This document shows, in pieces, positions 41,353 to 51,333 of a stretch of 64,000 nucleotides of DNA. Location of the stretch: positions 2,624,001 to 2,688,000 of the forward strand of contig OZ220732.1 of NCBI GenBank assembly GCA_965116905.1, read 5' to 3'. The translations under genes and the position numbers were made by a program. The first letter of the stretch is position 1; every line of letters begins with the position of its first letter. Under the pieces are notes generated by a model. That model was not told where the DNA came from. It searched no databases and worked only from the letters and a program-made list of their open reading frames with translations. This DNA comes from Longimicrobiales bacterium (lineage in GTDB: Bacteria > Gemmatimonadota > Gemmatimonadetes > Longimicrobiales > Gaopeijiaceae).

Positions 41353-42687
41353 ATGACCACAACCAATATACAAGGGAGGCCCCGCGCGACCTGCGCGGCC
41401 GCCCGGGTTCTGCGGGGTCTGCGCGTGCGGACGCGGGGTCTGCGCGTGCCGACGCGGGCCCTGGCGGCGCTGGCCACGCTCCTGGCGCTGACGGTGCTTT
41501 CGGGGTGCACGGAAGCGGATCCTGCTCCGCTCGGCCGCATCGATACCCCTGCGGCGCCCGGCAGCGGGCAGCCCTTCCTGGCGCCCGACGAAGACGGCGT
41601 GTGGATGAGCTGGACGGAGCCGGCGGCGGCGGGTGACCGGGTGGCGGTCTCGCACTTCGACGCCCTCGCCGACCGGTGGAGCGCGCCGCAGACCGTGGCC
41701 GAAGGCGACGGCTTCTTCGTGAACTGGGCCGACTTTCCCTCCGTTCAGGCCGTTGGAGACCGTCTCGTGGCGCACTGGCTCTGGCGCGGCGGACAGGGAA
41801 CCTACGACTACGGAGTCAGGCTCTCGTGGTCGGAAGACGGGGGATCGACCTGGTCCCCACCTTGGACGCCGCACGAAGACGGAACCCCGACAGAGCACGG
41901 CTTCGTTTCCGTTTTCGAGACGGGAGACGGTGTGTGGGCCGCCTGGCTCGACGGACGCGCGATGATCGAGCCCGGGGGTCCGATGGCGGTCAGGGCCCGC
42001 GTGCTGCCGCTCCCGGGGCCGGCGGGCGAGGGTGTGGAGGGGGCGGAGACGATCGTGGATGCGCGCAGCTGTGAGTGCTGTCAGACGGACGCGGTCGTGG
42101 CCGACGGGGTGCCGGTGCTGGCTTTCCGCGACCGGGCCGAGGGCGAAGTGCGCGACATCCACGTGAGCCGCTGGATGGCCACGGCGGACGGCCGGCCCGC
42201 ATGGACGCCGAGCATGCCGGTGCACGAGGACGGCTGGGTGATCGGCGGCTGCCCGGTGAACGGCCCGGCGATGGCCGCGGCGGCCAGGCGGGTTGCCGTC
42301 GCATGGTTTACGGCCCCGGAGGGCGAGGCCCGCGTGAATGTTGCCTTCTCGGAGGACGCGGCAGCTTCCTTCGGCCCGCCGGTGCGGGTGGACCTGGGGC
42401 AGCCGATCGGACGGGTGGACGTCGTCATGCTCGACGACGGCTCGGCCATCGTGGCCTGGCTTGAGCGGACTGCGGAAGGGACAGTGATCCTCGGCCGGCG
42501 AGTGGCGGCGGACGGCGCGGCGGGCAATCCGCGTCCCCTCGCCGACTCCGATGCCGCGCGCGCGTCGGGGTTTCCGCGCATTGCCCGTCTGGCCCCGGAT
42601 CGGCTCATGCTGGCGTGGACGGACCCGGGCGGAGGAGGTCAGGTGCGGGCTGCCGTCTTTGACCTGGACGACTGGGGGACGCCGTAG
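41353..42687 (+). CDS. BNR/sialidase-like lipoprotein, hypothetical
   Basis: Lipobox LSGC; NWADFPS, SEDGGSTW Asp-box, EHGFVS, CECCQT, GCPVNGP. Confidence 0.7.
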   Translation: MTTTNIQGRPRATCAAARVLRGLRVRTRGLRVPTRALAALATLLALTVLSGCTEADPAPLGRIDTPAAPGSGQPFLAPDEDGVWMSWTEPAAAGDRVAVSHFDALADRWSAPQTVAEGDGFFVNWADFPSVQAVGDRLVAHWLWRGGQGTYDYGVRLSWSEDGGSTWSPPWTPHEDGTPTEHGFVSVFETGDGVWAAWLDGRAMIEPGGPMAVRARVLPLPGPAGEGVEGAETIVDARSCECCQTDAVVADGVPVLAFRDRAEGEVRDIHVSRWMATADGRPAWTPSMPVHEDGWVIGGCPVNGPAMAAAARRVAVAWFTAPEGEARVNVAFSEDAAASFGPPVRVDLGQPIGRVDVVMLDDGSAIVAWLERTAEGTVILGRRVAADGAAGNPRPLADSDAARASGFPRIARLAPDRLMLAWTDPGGGGQVRAAVFDLDDWGTP

Positions 42688-43797
42688 ATGGACCTTGGCG
42701 GCGTGGAGACGCCCGTCGGTGTCGTGGACCTGGGCCGGGCCAGGGAGAACGTCGAGCGGGCCATCGCCTATTGCCGCACACACGGCTTCGCGTGGCGTCC
42801 CCACGTCAAGACGCACAAGTCGCTGGAGATGGCCCGGCTCCAGCTGAGGCTCGGCGCCACGGGTCTGACGGTCGCGACCGCGCACGAAGCGGAAGTGATG
42901 TCGGAAGCGACCGGCGACCTTCTGCTGGCGCATCCACCGGCGTCGGCGGCCAAGGTGGACCGGTTGTGCGCCCTGCCGCGCAGTGTCGATCTCAAGGTGG
43001 GCCTCGACTCGACAGAGGTCCTGCGGCCTCTGGCGCGGGGCGCGGCCGCAGCGGGACGCACCTTCGGCATCCTGGTGGAGTTCGATGCCGGACTCGGCCG
43101 GACCGGGGTGGTCGAGCCCGCCGAGGCCGTGCGCGTGGCCGAGGAGGCCGCGTCGCTGCCCGGCGTCCGTTTCGACGGCCTCATGTTCTACCCGGGACAC
43201 ATCCGCATCCCGCGCGACCGGCAGGCCGGGCGGCTCGCACGGCTCTCGGATCGTGTCGAGGCGTTTGCGGCAGCGCTGCGCCGGGCCGGGCTCCCTCCCC
43301 GCGTGATCTCCGGCGGATCGACGCCCACGATGTGGGATTCGCACCTGCTTTCGGGGGTGACCGAGGTCCGCGCCGGCACCTGCATCTACAACGACCGCGA
43401 CATCGTCGGGATGGGCGTGGCCGCACCGGAGCACGTGGCCTACACCGTCCTCGCCACCGTCATCAGCGTCTCGGTGCCCGGCGCCGCGGTGGTGGACTCG
43501 GGCTCCAAGGCGCTCTCCAAGGAGACGCTGGGGTCGGGTGCTCCCGGATACGGCGTCCTGTTCGACCGGCCGGAGGTGACCGTCAGGGCGATCAACGAAG
43601 AGCACGGCGTCCTGGACCTGAGCGGCACGGCGTGGCGGCCCGCCGTCGGCGACCAGTTGCGGCTCGTGCCCAACCACGTGTGCGTGTCGGTCAACCTCCA
43701 GGATCACCTGTGGGGCATCGAGGACGAGGGATCGGCCGCCAGACCGGTGCGGCTCGAGGGCCGCGGTCGCCTGCGCATCCCCGCACGGACTGCCTGA
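42688..43797 (+). CDS. PLP-dependent D-threonine aldolase/D-serine dehydratase-like (alanine racemase fold)
   Basis: RPHVKTHK, GRTGV, SGGSTPT, EVRAG, DSGSKALS, EEHG, PNHVC. Confidence 0.88.
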   Translation: MDLGGVETPVGVVDLGRARENVERAIAYCRTHGFAWRPHVKTHKSLEMARLQLRLGATGLTVATAHEAEVMSEATGDLLLAHPPASAAKVDRLCALPRSVDLKVGLDSTEVLRPLARGAAAAGRTFGILVEFDAGLGRTGVVEPAEAVRVAEEAASLPGVRFDGLMFYPGHIRIPRDRQAGRLARLSDRVEAFAAALRRAGLPPRVISGGSTPTMWDSHLLSGVTEVRAGTCIYNDRDIVGMGVAAPEHVAYTVLATVISVSVPGAAVVDSGSKALSKETLGSGAPGYGVLFDRPEVTVRAINEEHGVLDLSGTAWRPAVGDQLRLVPNHVCVSVNLQDHLWGIEDEGSAARPVRLEGRGRLRIPARTA

Positions 43798-43798
43798 G

Positions 43799-44767
43799 GT
43801 GAACCGGGCCCGATTCGCCGAGATCGCGGCTCGCTTTCCGGGCTGTCGGATCGTCGTCCTCGGCGACTTGATGCTCGACCGCTACGTGTCCGGCGAGTCC
43901 GACCGCGTGTCGCCCGAGGCGCCGGTGCCCGTCGTGCGCGTCAGGGACGAATGGGAAGCGGTGGGAGGCGCCGGAAACGTGGCCGCCAATGTCGTCGAGC
44001 TCGGGGCCCGGTGCGAGTTGCTCGGCGTCCTCGGCACGGACGAGGCCGGACGCGCGGTCGCCAAGGGCCTGGCCCGTGCCGGCGTGGAATGCTACTTCGT
44101 CGAGGACATGGACAGGGCCACCACGGTCAAGACGCGCTTGCTCGCGCTTGGGCGACAGATCGCACGCGTGGACCGCGAGGAGACCGAGACCGTCTCCATC
44201 AGGGCCTTCAACACTCTCGCCAAGAGGCTCAAGGACACCCTCCGCGGAGCCCACGCTCTCGTCCTCGCCGACTACGACAAGGGGGTGCTGGCCCCGGTTC
44301 TGGTCCGCATCGCGCTGGAGTTGGCATCCGAGTTCGGGGTGCCGGTCGTCGTCGATCCGAAGGCGGGCAACTTCTTTTCCTGCTCCGGGGCCACCGTGTT
44401 CAAGCCGAATCGAGCGGAAATGGAAGCCGCGTTCGGCGAGGCAGCGCGCCCGCGCGACGCGCATTGGATGGAAGCGGCGCGGGATCGGATCGGCTGCGAA
44501 CACCTGCTCTTGACGCTGGGGGCGGACGGCATGGCGCTGGCGTCGCCGGATGGCGTCCTGGAGAGCGTCCATGCACGCGCCCGCGCCGTCTTCGACGTGT
44601 CGGGCGCGGGAGACACCGTCGCCGCGGTCGTGGCCGTGGCGCTCGCGGCGGGCGCGCCCCTCGTCGAGGCGGTCGAGCTGGCCGCGCGCGCGGCAGCCGT
44701 CGGCGTGGGCAAGGTGGGCGTGGCCACCGTGACGCCGGCCGAGATCGCGGCGGCGCTGGAGGAGTGA
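43799..44767 (+). CDS. hldA: D-glycero-D-manno-heptose-7-phosphate kinase (RfaE domain I)
   Basis: GDLMLDRY, RVSPEAPVPV, GGAGNVAAN, DYDKG, VFDVSGAGDTV. Confidence 0.9.
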   Translation: MNRARFAEIAARFPGCRIVVLGDLMLDRYVSGESDRVSPEAPVPVVRVRDEWEAVGGAGNVAANVVELGARCELLGVLGTDEAGRAVAKGLARAGVECYFVEDMDRATTVKTRLLALGRQIARVDREETETVSIRAFNTLAKRLKDTLRGAHALVLADYDKGVLAPVLVRIALELASEFGVPVVVDPKAGNFFSCSGATVFKPNRAEMEAAFGEAARPRDAHWMEAARDRIGCEHLLLTLGADGMALASPDGVLESVHARARAVFDVSGAGDTVAAVVAVALAAGAPLVEAVELAARAAAVGVGKVGVATVTPAEIAAALEE

Positions 44768-44907
44768 GGCGGATCCTGCCGACATCGCCCCCTTGCGCCC
44801 CGCCTTGACCCGCCTCCAAATGGTGACTGCTCATTGGCGCCCCGCTTGGAACGCGGCGCGCCCGGAAACCCACCCGAAGGGAAATTCACCCAAAGGACCC
44901 TGCGAAC

Positions 44908-45294
44908 ATGTCCCTGCTCACCACGATTCATACCGACGACGCTCCCGGCGCCCTTGGCCCCTATGCCCAGGCCATCGTCACCGATGGCTGGATCTTCGCC
45001 TCCGGTCAGATCGCGATCGACCCCGAAACCGGCGAACTCGTCGAGGGTGCGGTAGATGCGCAGGCGGACCAGGTGCTCAAAAACCTGGCTGCGGTGCTTG
45101 CGGCTGCGGGAGGCAGTCTGCAGACGGTCGTCAAGACCACCGTATTCCTTTCCGACATGGCGCTGTTCGCCGACATGAACGCCGTCTACGCACGCCACTT
45201 CGGGGACCATCGTCCCGCTCGCGCCACCGTCGGCGTCGGCGGGCTGCCCAACGGAGTGGACGTCGAGATCGAAGTCGTCGCGCGGGTCGCCTGA
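44908..45294 (+). CDS. ridA: RidA-family imine deaminase
   Basis: APGALGPYAQA, SGQI, VKTTVFL, MNAVY, PARATV, VEIE. Confidence 0.92.
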   Translation: MSLLTTIHTDDAPGALGPYAQAIVTDGWIFASGQIAIDPETGELVEGAVDAQADQVLKNLAAVLAAAGGSLQTVVKTTVFLSDMALFADMNAVYARHFGDHRPARATVGVGGLPNGVDVEIEVVARVA

Positions 45295-45573
45295 TTGCCG
45301 GTCCGGCGCAGGGCGGCGCCACCGCCCAAAACCCTGCCTGCAACACCGTGCTTGACACGGGAACGCCGAGGGGCAACCTTGGTGATTGTTCGCGTGGCGG
45401 GCATGACCTTCCGGAGGCCCTGGAGCCCCCGGGGGACTCGTCCGTCCAGGGCGGGGGGTTGCGGGACGAGTTGGAGGACCCGAACATTGGGCCACGGCCC
45501 TGACCGGGAGATACCCGGTAAGAAATAGATAGGGTGTGTCACATGTCCAGCACTCGAAAAGGGAGGACAAACC

Positions 45574-48500
45574 ATGACACGTAATTCGTTCGCAAGCCTC
45601 AGGAATGGGGCAGGAGGGCTTTGCCTGGCCTTGTTGGCCAGCCTGGCCTTCGCGTCCGCGGCGGCCGCCCAGACCGGCACCGTCACGGGACAGGTTACCG
45701 ACGGTTCGTCGGGCCGGCCTCTGGAGTCGGCGCAGGTCTACATCGAGGGCACGGCCCTCGGTACGCTGACCAACAGCCAGGGCCGGTACCTGTTCGTGAA
45801 CGCGCCGCCCGGGACCCACACGGTCATCGCCGAGCTGGTCGGTTATCGGTCGGGCTCGGAGACCGTGACGGTCACCGCGGGCGGGACGTCGACGGTGGAC
45901 TTCGGTCTCTCCGTCACCGCGATCCAGCTCGACCAGATCGTGGTCACCGGAACCGGTGTGGCGACCGAGAAGAAGAAGCTCGGCAACTCGATTGCCACGG
46001 TTGACGTCGGCGCGCTGGAAAATGCGCCGATCACCAGCTTCAGCGACGTACTCCAGGGCCGCGAGGCCGGGGTCGTAGGTCTCCCCGGCGGCGGTGACAC
46101 CGGCTCCAGCGGCCGCATCCGTATTCGCGGGTCCGCGTCGCTTTCGCAGTCGAACGAGCCCATTATCTACCTTGATGGGGTCCGTATCGACCGCGGCGGC
46201 GGCGGCGGCTGGGGTGCGGGGCAGGCGGCCACACGACGGATCGACGACATCGATCCCAACTCGATCGAGCGGATCGAGATCCTCAAGGGGGCCGCGGCCG
46301 CGACGCTATACGGCACCGAGGCGTCGAACGGCGTGATCCAGATCTTCACCAAGCGTGGCCAGCAGGGTGCGCCGCGGTGGACGATCCAGACCGACCAGAC
46401 CGCGGTCAGGGCGCCCTTCGATCGCTTCATCAACCATGCCGATTTCCCGCGCGACGCGGAGCAGGTCGCCCGCATGCAGCACCGCTGGGGCGTGAGCCTG
46501 CAGCCGTACGAGGTCTACGAGGTCGACTACATGAGCGAACTCTACAACACCGGGTACGGGCAGACCTATTCGGGTTCCGTCTCGGGCGGCAGCGACCTCA
46601 TCCAGTACTTCGCCTCGGGGCGCTACCACAACGAGAACGGCCCGTTCAGCACGCTCGACGGCGTCTTCGCCGACGGCGGCAGGCTCAAGAACGAGGACAC
46701 GATCGTGCGCCGTCAGGGGACGCTGAACCTCAGCATCTTCCCCTTCGACAACGTGCGCATCCGCGTGAGCGGCCTCTATTCGGAGCTCAACAAGAGCAGC
46801 CTCGCCGGGGGCAACAACATCTTCGGCGTCTTCTCGCTGGGTCTGATGGGCCAGCTCCGTCTCGCCGACGACAACAACCGTTATGGCAGTCTCGCCTTCG
46901 CGACGCTCCGTGAAACGGCCGAGCGCGACATCTTCGAGGATGTCGAGCACTTCGCCGGAAGCGTCAACGCCAACTGGACCATCATGGATGGCATGGTCTT
47001 CGACGGCACCTTCGGCGTGGACGTCACCAACGGGACGAACGTCTCCTTCTTCCCCTTCGGCTGGAACGTCGACAGCTTCACGACCTACAACACCGAGGGC
47101 ACGCGCAGTTTCGGCGACCGCAACCATCGTGAGGTCACGGGCGACTTCAAGGTGTCCTACGACAACAGCTTCACCGACGACATCACCAGCACGCTGCTCG
47201 TCGGCACACAGGGCTTCCTGAGCCAGAACGTCTATCACGGCGGCGGCGGCCAGAGCTTCCCGGGTCCCGGCCTGGAGGTCGCGAGCGCCGGAGCCAACCA
47301 GTGGACATCCGAGGGGTGGACCCGTGTGGTCAACGCCGGTGTGTACTTCCAGGAGCAGGTGGGCTGGCAGGACTGGGCGTTCGTGACCCTGGGCGCGCGC
47401 TTCGACGCCAACAGCGCGTTCGGCTCGGACTTCGAGACGGCCACGTATCCCAAGCTGGCGGCCTCCGTCATCCCTACCGACCTCTTCGACTGGGATAACG
47501 AGACGCTGTCGACGTTCCGCGTCCGCGCAGCCTGGGGACGTTCCGGACTGCAGCCGGGCGCCTTCGACAAGTTCACCACCTTCGTGCCCCGCCCGGCCGA
47601 GGTGGGGCCCGGGCTCTCTCCCGGCAACCTGGGGAACCAGGCGCTGAGGCCCGAGATTTCCAACGAATACGAATTCGGCATGGAGTTCGGGCTGCTGAAC
47701 GACCGGATCGCCGTTGACGTCACGTATTGGGATCGCGTCACCAGCGACGCACTGGTCAACCGCCAGTTCCCGGTGACGGGGGGCTTCACTGCGACCCAGC
47801 TCGACAACATCGGGCAGATCGATGCGACGGGCATCGAGGCGACCGTCAACGGTTCCGTCTACAACAGCGAGAACCTCTCCATCAACGTTTTCGCCAATAC
47901 GGCTTACATCGATGAGCTCGTGACGGACCTCGGAGGTGCTCCTCCGCTCAAGACCGGTGGGTCGTATCCCAGATACCGCAACTTCCTGAAGGAAGGTTAT
48001 GCGCCGGGCGCGTTCTTTGGTGCGATCCTGGACCCGAACATGGCCATTCCGCTGGATCTCAACCGGAACTGCTCGGAACCGTCACGGGCCGAGGCGCTCG
48101 AGTTCTTCAGCGAAGCGCGCAACCCGTCGTCGTTCGAGGTCATCCCGGTCGGCTGCGCCGGAGGTTCCGCGGAATACCTGGACAGCTACATCGGGAAACC
48201 GACTCCGGACTTCGCCGGCTCGACGGGATTCAACATGAACTTCCTGGGCAGCTTCGACCTGTCCACCAACTTCGAGTACCGGGCGGGCAACTACCACACC
48301 CAGGACCTCACGGGCGCCTTCCGCCAGGCCAACGCCGTCATCGGACGCAACGTGCCAGGCACCGCCCGCGTGGCGTCGATCATGGAGAATCCGGCGTCCA
48401 CCGCGGAGCAGCGGCTCGAGGCCGCGCTCGAGTGGGCCAGAGAGTATCGGGCACTGGCGCCCATGTCGGGGATGAACCAGATCTGGACCTCCGACTTCAT

Positions 48501-48762
48501 TCGGCTGCGCGAGATCTCGCTGTCCTACCGGCTGCCCTCCGACATGGTCGAAGGGTTCGGGCTCGACAACGCCACCGTCACCTTCGGCGGCCGCAACGTG
48601 TATCTCTGGATGTTCGGCGACTACCGCGGAATCGACCCGGAGATCAACCCGCAGTCCAACTGCACGGGCAGTGGCGTCAACTGCAACTTCCTCACCGGAA
48701 CGGAAGCCTTCGGCGTGCCGATTCCGCGGCGGTTCACCTTCTCGCTGCGTGCGGGCTTCTAG
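45574..48762 (+). CDS. susC: SusC/RagA-family TonB-dependent outer-membrane transporter
   Basis: N-terminal carboxypeptidase-regulatory-like domain, IVVTG, IRIRG, PIIYLDG, IEILKGAAAATLYGTEASNGVIQI, C-terminal F; GGGAGG RBS. Confidence 0.93.
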   Translation: MTRNSFASLRNGAGGLCLALLASLAFASAAAAQTGTVTGQVTDGSSGRPLESAQVYIEGTALGTLTNSQGRYLFVNAPPGTHTVIAELVGYRSGSETVTVTAGGTSTVDFGLSVTAIQLDQIVVTGTGVATEKKKLGNSIATVDVGALENAPITSFSDVLQGREAGVVGLPGGGDTGSSGRIRIRGSASLSQSNEPIIYLDGVRIDRGGGGGWGAGQAATRRIDDIDPNSIERIEILKGAAAATLYGTEASNGVIQIFTKRGQQGAPRWTIQTDQTAVRAPFDRFINHADFPRDAEQVARMQHRWGVSLQPYEVYEVDYMSELYNTGYGQTYSGSVSGGSDLIQYFASGRYHNENGPFSTLDGVFADGGRLKNEDTIVRRQGTLNLSIFPFDNVRIRVSGLYSELNKSSLAGGNNIFGVFSLGLMGQLRLADDNNRYGSLAFATLRETAERDIFEDVEHFAGSVNANWTIMDGMVFDGTFGVDVTNGTNVSFFPFGWNVDSFTTYNTEGTRSFGDRNHREVTGDFKVSYDNSFTDDITSTLLVGTQGFLSQNVYHGGGGQSFPGPGLEVASAGANQWTSEGWTRVVNAGVYFQEQVGWQDWAFVTLGARFDANSAFGSDFETATYPKLAASVIPTDLFDWDNETLSTFRVRAAWGRSGLQPGAFDKFTTFVPRPAEVGPGLSPGNLGNQALRPEISNEYEFGMEFGLLNDRIAVDVTYWDRVTSDALVNRQFPVTGGFTATQLDNIGQIDATGIEATVNGSVYNSENLSINVFANTAYIDELVTDLGGAPPLKTGGSYPRYRNFLKEGYAPGAFFGAILDPNMAIPLDLNRNCSEPSRAEALEFFSEARNPSSFEVIPVGCAGGSAEYLDSYIGKPTPDFAGSTGFNMNFLGSFDLSTNFEYRAGNYHTQDLTGAFRQANAVIGRNVPGTARVASIMENPASTAEQRLEAALEWAREYRALAPMSGMNQIWTSDFIRLREISLSYRLPSDMVEGFGLDNATVTFGGRNVYLWMFGDYRGIDPEINPQSNCTGSGVNCNFLTGTEAFGVPIPRRFTFSLRAGF

Positions 48763-48774
48763 GAGGGAGATGAC

Positions 48775-50103
48775 ATGATGATCAACAGGAAACCAGGATC
48801 AATTCTGACCGCGTTGGGCGCCGTCGCCTTCCTCGGCGCCTGCGACCTCCTAGAGGTCGACAACCCCAACGCTCTGGTGCAGGCCGATATCGAGAAGGTC
48901 GAGGCCGCCGCCGCGGCCGTGAACGGCTCGCAGGCGCTGGTCGCCAGGGGCATCGCCGGGATCTACGCGGCGTTCTCCACCGTCGGGGACGAGATCACCT
49001 GGATCGGGTCCCGCGATGCGTGGAACGAGCTCGACCAGGGGACGCCGAACAACCCCGGCAACGAATTCGCCGACGGCTCGTTCCCCGGCATTGCCCAGGC
49101 GCGGTGGATGTCCCAATTCGCCGTCGGCCTGCTGGAGGGGCATGTCGCCGAGAGCGCGGGGAACGCAGCCCTGCAGGCGGATCTGGCGCGGGCGAATCTG
49201 TACGCGGGCGTGGCCTACTCGGCCATCGCGCAGATGTTCGACGACTTCGCGTTCAGCGACCGCACCGAGCCCGGGCCCCTCATCGGCGAAGCCAACATGC
49301 ACACGGTCTTCGATCAGGCGATCGCGTACTTCAGCGCGGCGATGGCGGGGGGTGGGGAGACTGCCATGCGGGCGCAGGCGGCCCGGGCACAGGCCTACCA
49401 TCAAAAGGCCATCTGGGGCCTGCTCAACCCGCCGGGTTCTACACCGGGCAATCCGCTCATCAACGACTCGAACGCCAACAGCGACGCGATGGCGGTGCTC
49501 GGCTCGATCGCGGGCACGGACTGGGCCTACCGGTTCTCTTACAGCGGCGCCACAGTGAACAACAACCTCTCGTGGCAGGTCAACGAGCGGGGCGAGCTGC
49601 AAATCGGGCCGGAGTACGCTACGAAGGACCCGGCCGACCCGCCGACGCTGACGTCGCACGACCTCATGGACCCGATCGAGGGTGCTCTGGATACTCGCTA
49701 CAAGACGCGTGTGGACGAGTTCCTCGGTAACGGCGGATACTCGCCTCTCACCGTCGTGGGCGAACGGGGCCTGCGGCTGATTGTGGCCGAGGCTGCGCTG
49801 GCGAGCGGTGACATGGACGGGTTCACGAACCACATCAACATGATCCGCGAAGGGCTCGACGGCCTGACGGCCTACTCGGGGCAGATTCCGGCGATCGACA
49901 TGCTTCAGCACGAGCGGCGGGTAAATTTGTTCGTGCAGTACAAGAGGCTGCAGGACCACTACCGCTTCGGCGTGAAGAGCATGAACTGGCTGGCGGGCTC
50001 GCCCGCGGCCTCCACGCCGGGCCTCATGCTGCCGATCACCCGGATCGAGATCCTCGCAAACTGTCACCACCCGGACAACGCGAATCATCCGTGTGAAGGG
50101 TAG
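48775..50103 (+). CDS. susD: SusD/RagB-like surface lipoprotein
   Basis: Lipobox LGAC, LIVAEAAL, HERRVNLF...RLQDHYRFG, LPI...E; directly after susC. Confidence 0.8.
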   Translation: MMINRKPGSILTALGAVAFLGACDLLEVDNPNALVQADIEKVEAAAAAVNGSQALVARGIAGIYAAFSTVGDEITWIGSRDAWNELDQGTPNNPGNEFADGSFPGIAQARWMSQFAVGLLEGHVAESAGNAALQADLARANLYAGVAYSAIAQMFDDFAFSDRTEPGPLIGEANMHTVFDQAIAYFSAAMAGGGETAMRAQAARAQAYHQKAIWGLLNPPGSTPGNPLINDSNANSDAMAVLGSIAGTDWAYRFSYSGATVNNNLSWQVNERGELQIGPEYATKDPADPPTLTSHDLMDPIEGALDTRYKTRVDEFLGNGGYSPLTVVGERGLRLIVAEAALASGDMDGFTNHINMIREGLDGLTAYSGQIPAIDMLQHERRVNLFVQYKRLQDHYRFGVKSMNWLAGSPAASTPGLMLPITRIEILANCHHPDNANHPCEG

Positions 50104-50161
50104 GTAGGACGCAAACGCCGAGCGTGGTTGGCTCGGCGGTCGGTCCGCCGCCGCGCGACCG

Positions 50162-50195
50162 GGCGGGGTCCAGGAGTTGCCTCCTGGGCCCCGCC
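50162..50195 (+). terminator. Strong stem-loop after susD (terminator or mRNA-stabilising hairpin)
   Basis: ggcggggtccaggag-ttgc-ctcctgggccccgcc; no U-tract. Confidence 0.5.
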
Positions 50196-50289
50196 GTGCG
50201 ATGCTCGTTATCCGAGTTGGGTGGCTGGCGAAGCGTAGCTCCTCCGGTCGCTAGTCCGAAGGTTCTTTCCAGCAGCGATTGGAGTCCCG

Positions 50290-50727
50290 TTGAAGAGTAG
50301 AGTTCGCAAGGCGCTGGGCGCATCTTTCCTGGTGGTGCTCGCATTCGGAGCCTGTGACTGGTTCGAAGACCCGGCCCCGGACGTGATTCGAATCACGCTG
50401 GAAGGGGATGCCCGGCAGTTCCGGGTCATCACGTCCACCGAGTTCTTTGCGACCAGCGACGAGCAGGGCGATCTGACGGCACAGGTCTTCGTGTCGGATA
50501 CCATCAGAGGCCCTCTGCCGTTCGACCGCAACTGGAACATCAAGGAAGAGCAGCGGTTCTACCTGTTTGCGGTCCCGGCCGACTCGACGACGGTTACGGT
50601 GCGGGTCCAGGTCTTCCTCGACGACGAGCAGGCGGTCGACAACACGGTTCAGGCCGGACCGGCAAATCCGATTCTCTACATGTATCTGTTTAATCAGCAT
50701 GTCCTTCAGGACTTCGAACTTCTGTGA
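50290..50727 (+). CDS. Hypothetical lipoprotein
   Basis: Lipobox FGAC, beta-rich. Confidence 0.7.
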   Translation: MKSRVRKALGASFLVVLAFGACDWFEDPAPDVIRITLEGDARQFRVITSTEFFATSDEQGDLTAQVFVSDTIRGPLPFDRNWNIKEEQRFYLFAVPADSTTVTVRVQVFLDDEQAVDNTVQAGPANPILYMYLFNQHVLQDFELL

Positions 50728-50730
50728 CGC

Positions 50731-51246
50731 ATGAAACGACTTGATCGGCAGGGAAAGGCGGGCTGCCGGCGGCTTGCGGGTGCCGCCGTGGTTCTGGCGG
50801 CACTGTGTTCCAATGCCTGCTACACATTCCAGCCAACGGCGTCGACACCACCGGTTGGCAGCGATGTGCGCGTCAGGGTCTCCGACGCGCAGGCCCTCGA
50901 GCTGACCCAGCAGACGGGGCAGCTTTCGCGCACCGTCGACGGTCGTCTGGTCGGCGCCAGCGACGATTCCGTTTTCGTGTCGGTCGTGACCTTGCGGCTG
51001 CCTTCCGAGATCTCGGGAAGCCGACAGCTGCGGCAGTCCGTGGGCATCCCTCGAACCGGCGTGGAAGCAGTGGCCACACGGGAGCTGTCCGTTCTTCGCA
51101 GCGGTGTCATGGCCGCCCTTGGCGGTGGCCTGGTCGCGGTGGTCGTCCGGCAGGTAGTGGTTGGGGGATCCAACGAGGATGATACCGACGACGGCCAGAC
51201 CATAGGCACCCTGATACCGATCATCAGGATTCCCATAGGGCGGTAG
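50731..51246 (+). CDS. Hypothetical lipoprotein
   Basis: NACYTFQP lipobox-like, C-terminal hydrophobic segment. Confidence 0.7.
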   Translation: MKRLDRQGKAGCRRLAGAAVVLAALCSNACYTFQPTASTPPVGSDVRVRVSDAQALELTQQTGQLSRTVDGRLVGASDDSVFVSVVTLRLPSEISGSRQLRQSVGIPRTGVEAVATRELSVLRSGVMAALGGGLVAVVVRQVVVGGSNEDDTDDGQTIGTLIPIIRIPIGR

Positions 51247-51333
51247 CTAGGTACCTAGGCGCGGCCCGAGCGCGAGACTGAACAACCGGGCGGCGCGCAT
51301 CAGCGCCCTGAGTGGCCCGCGGCGTGCCTAGCA

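Noticed and set aside
45358..45573. Cobalamin or TPP riboswitch before susC
   Set aside because: No recognisable B12-box or TPP conserved motifs.
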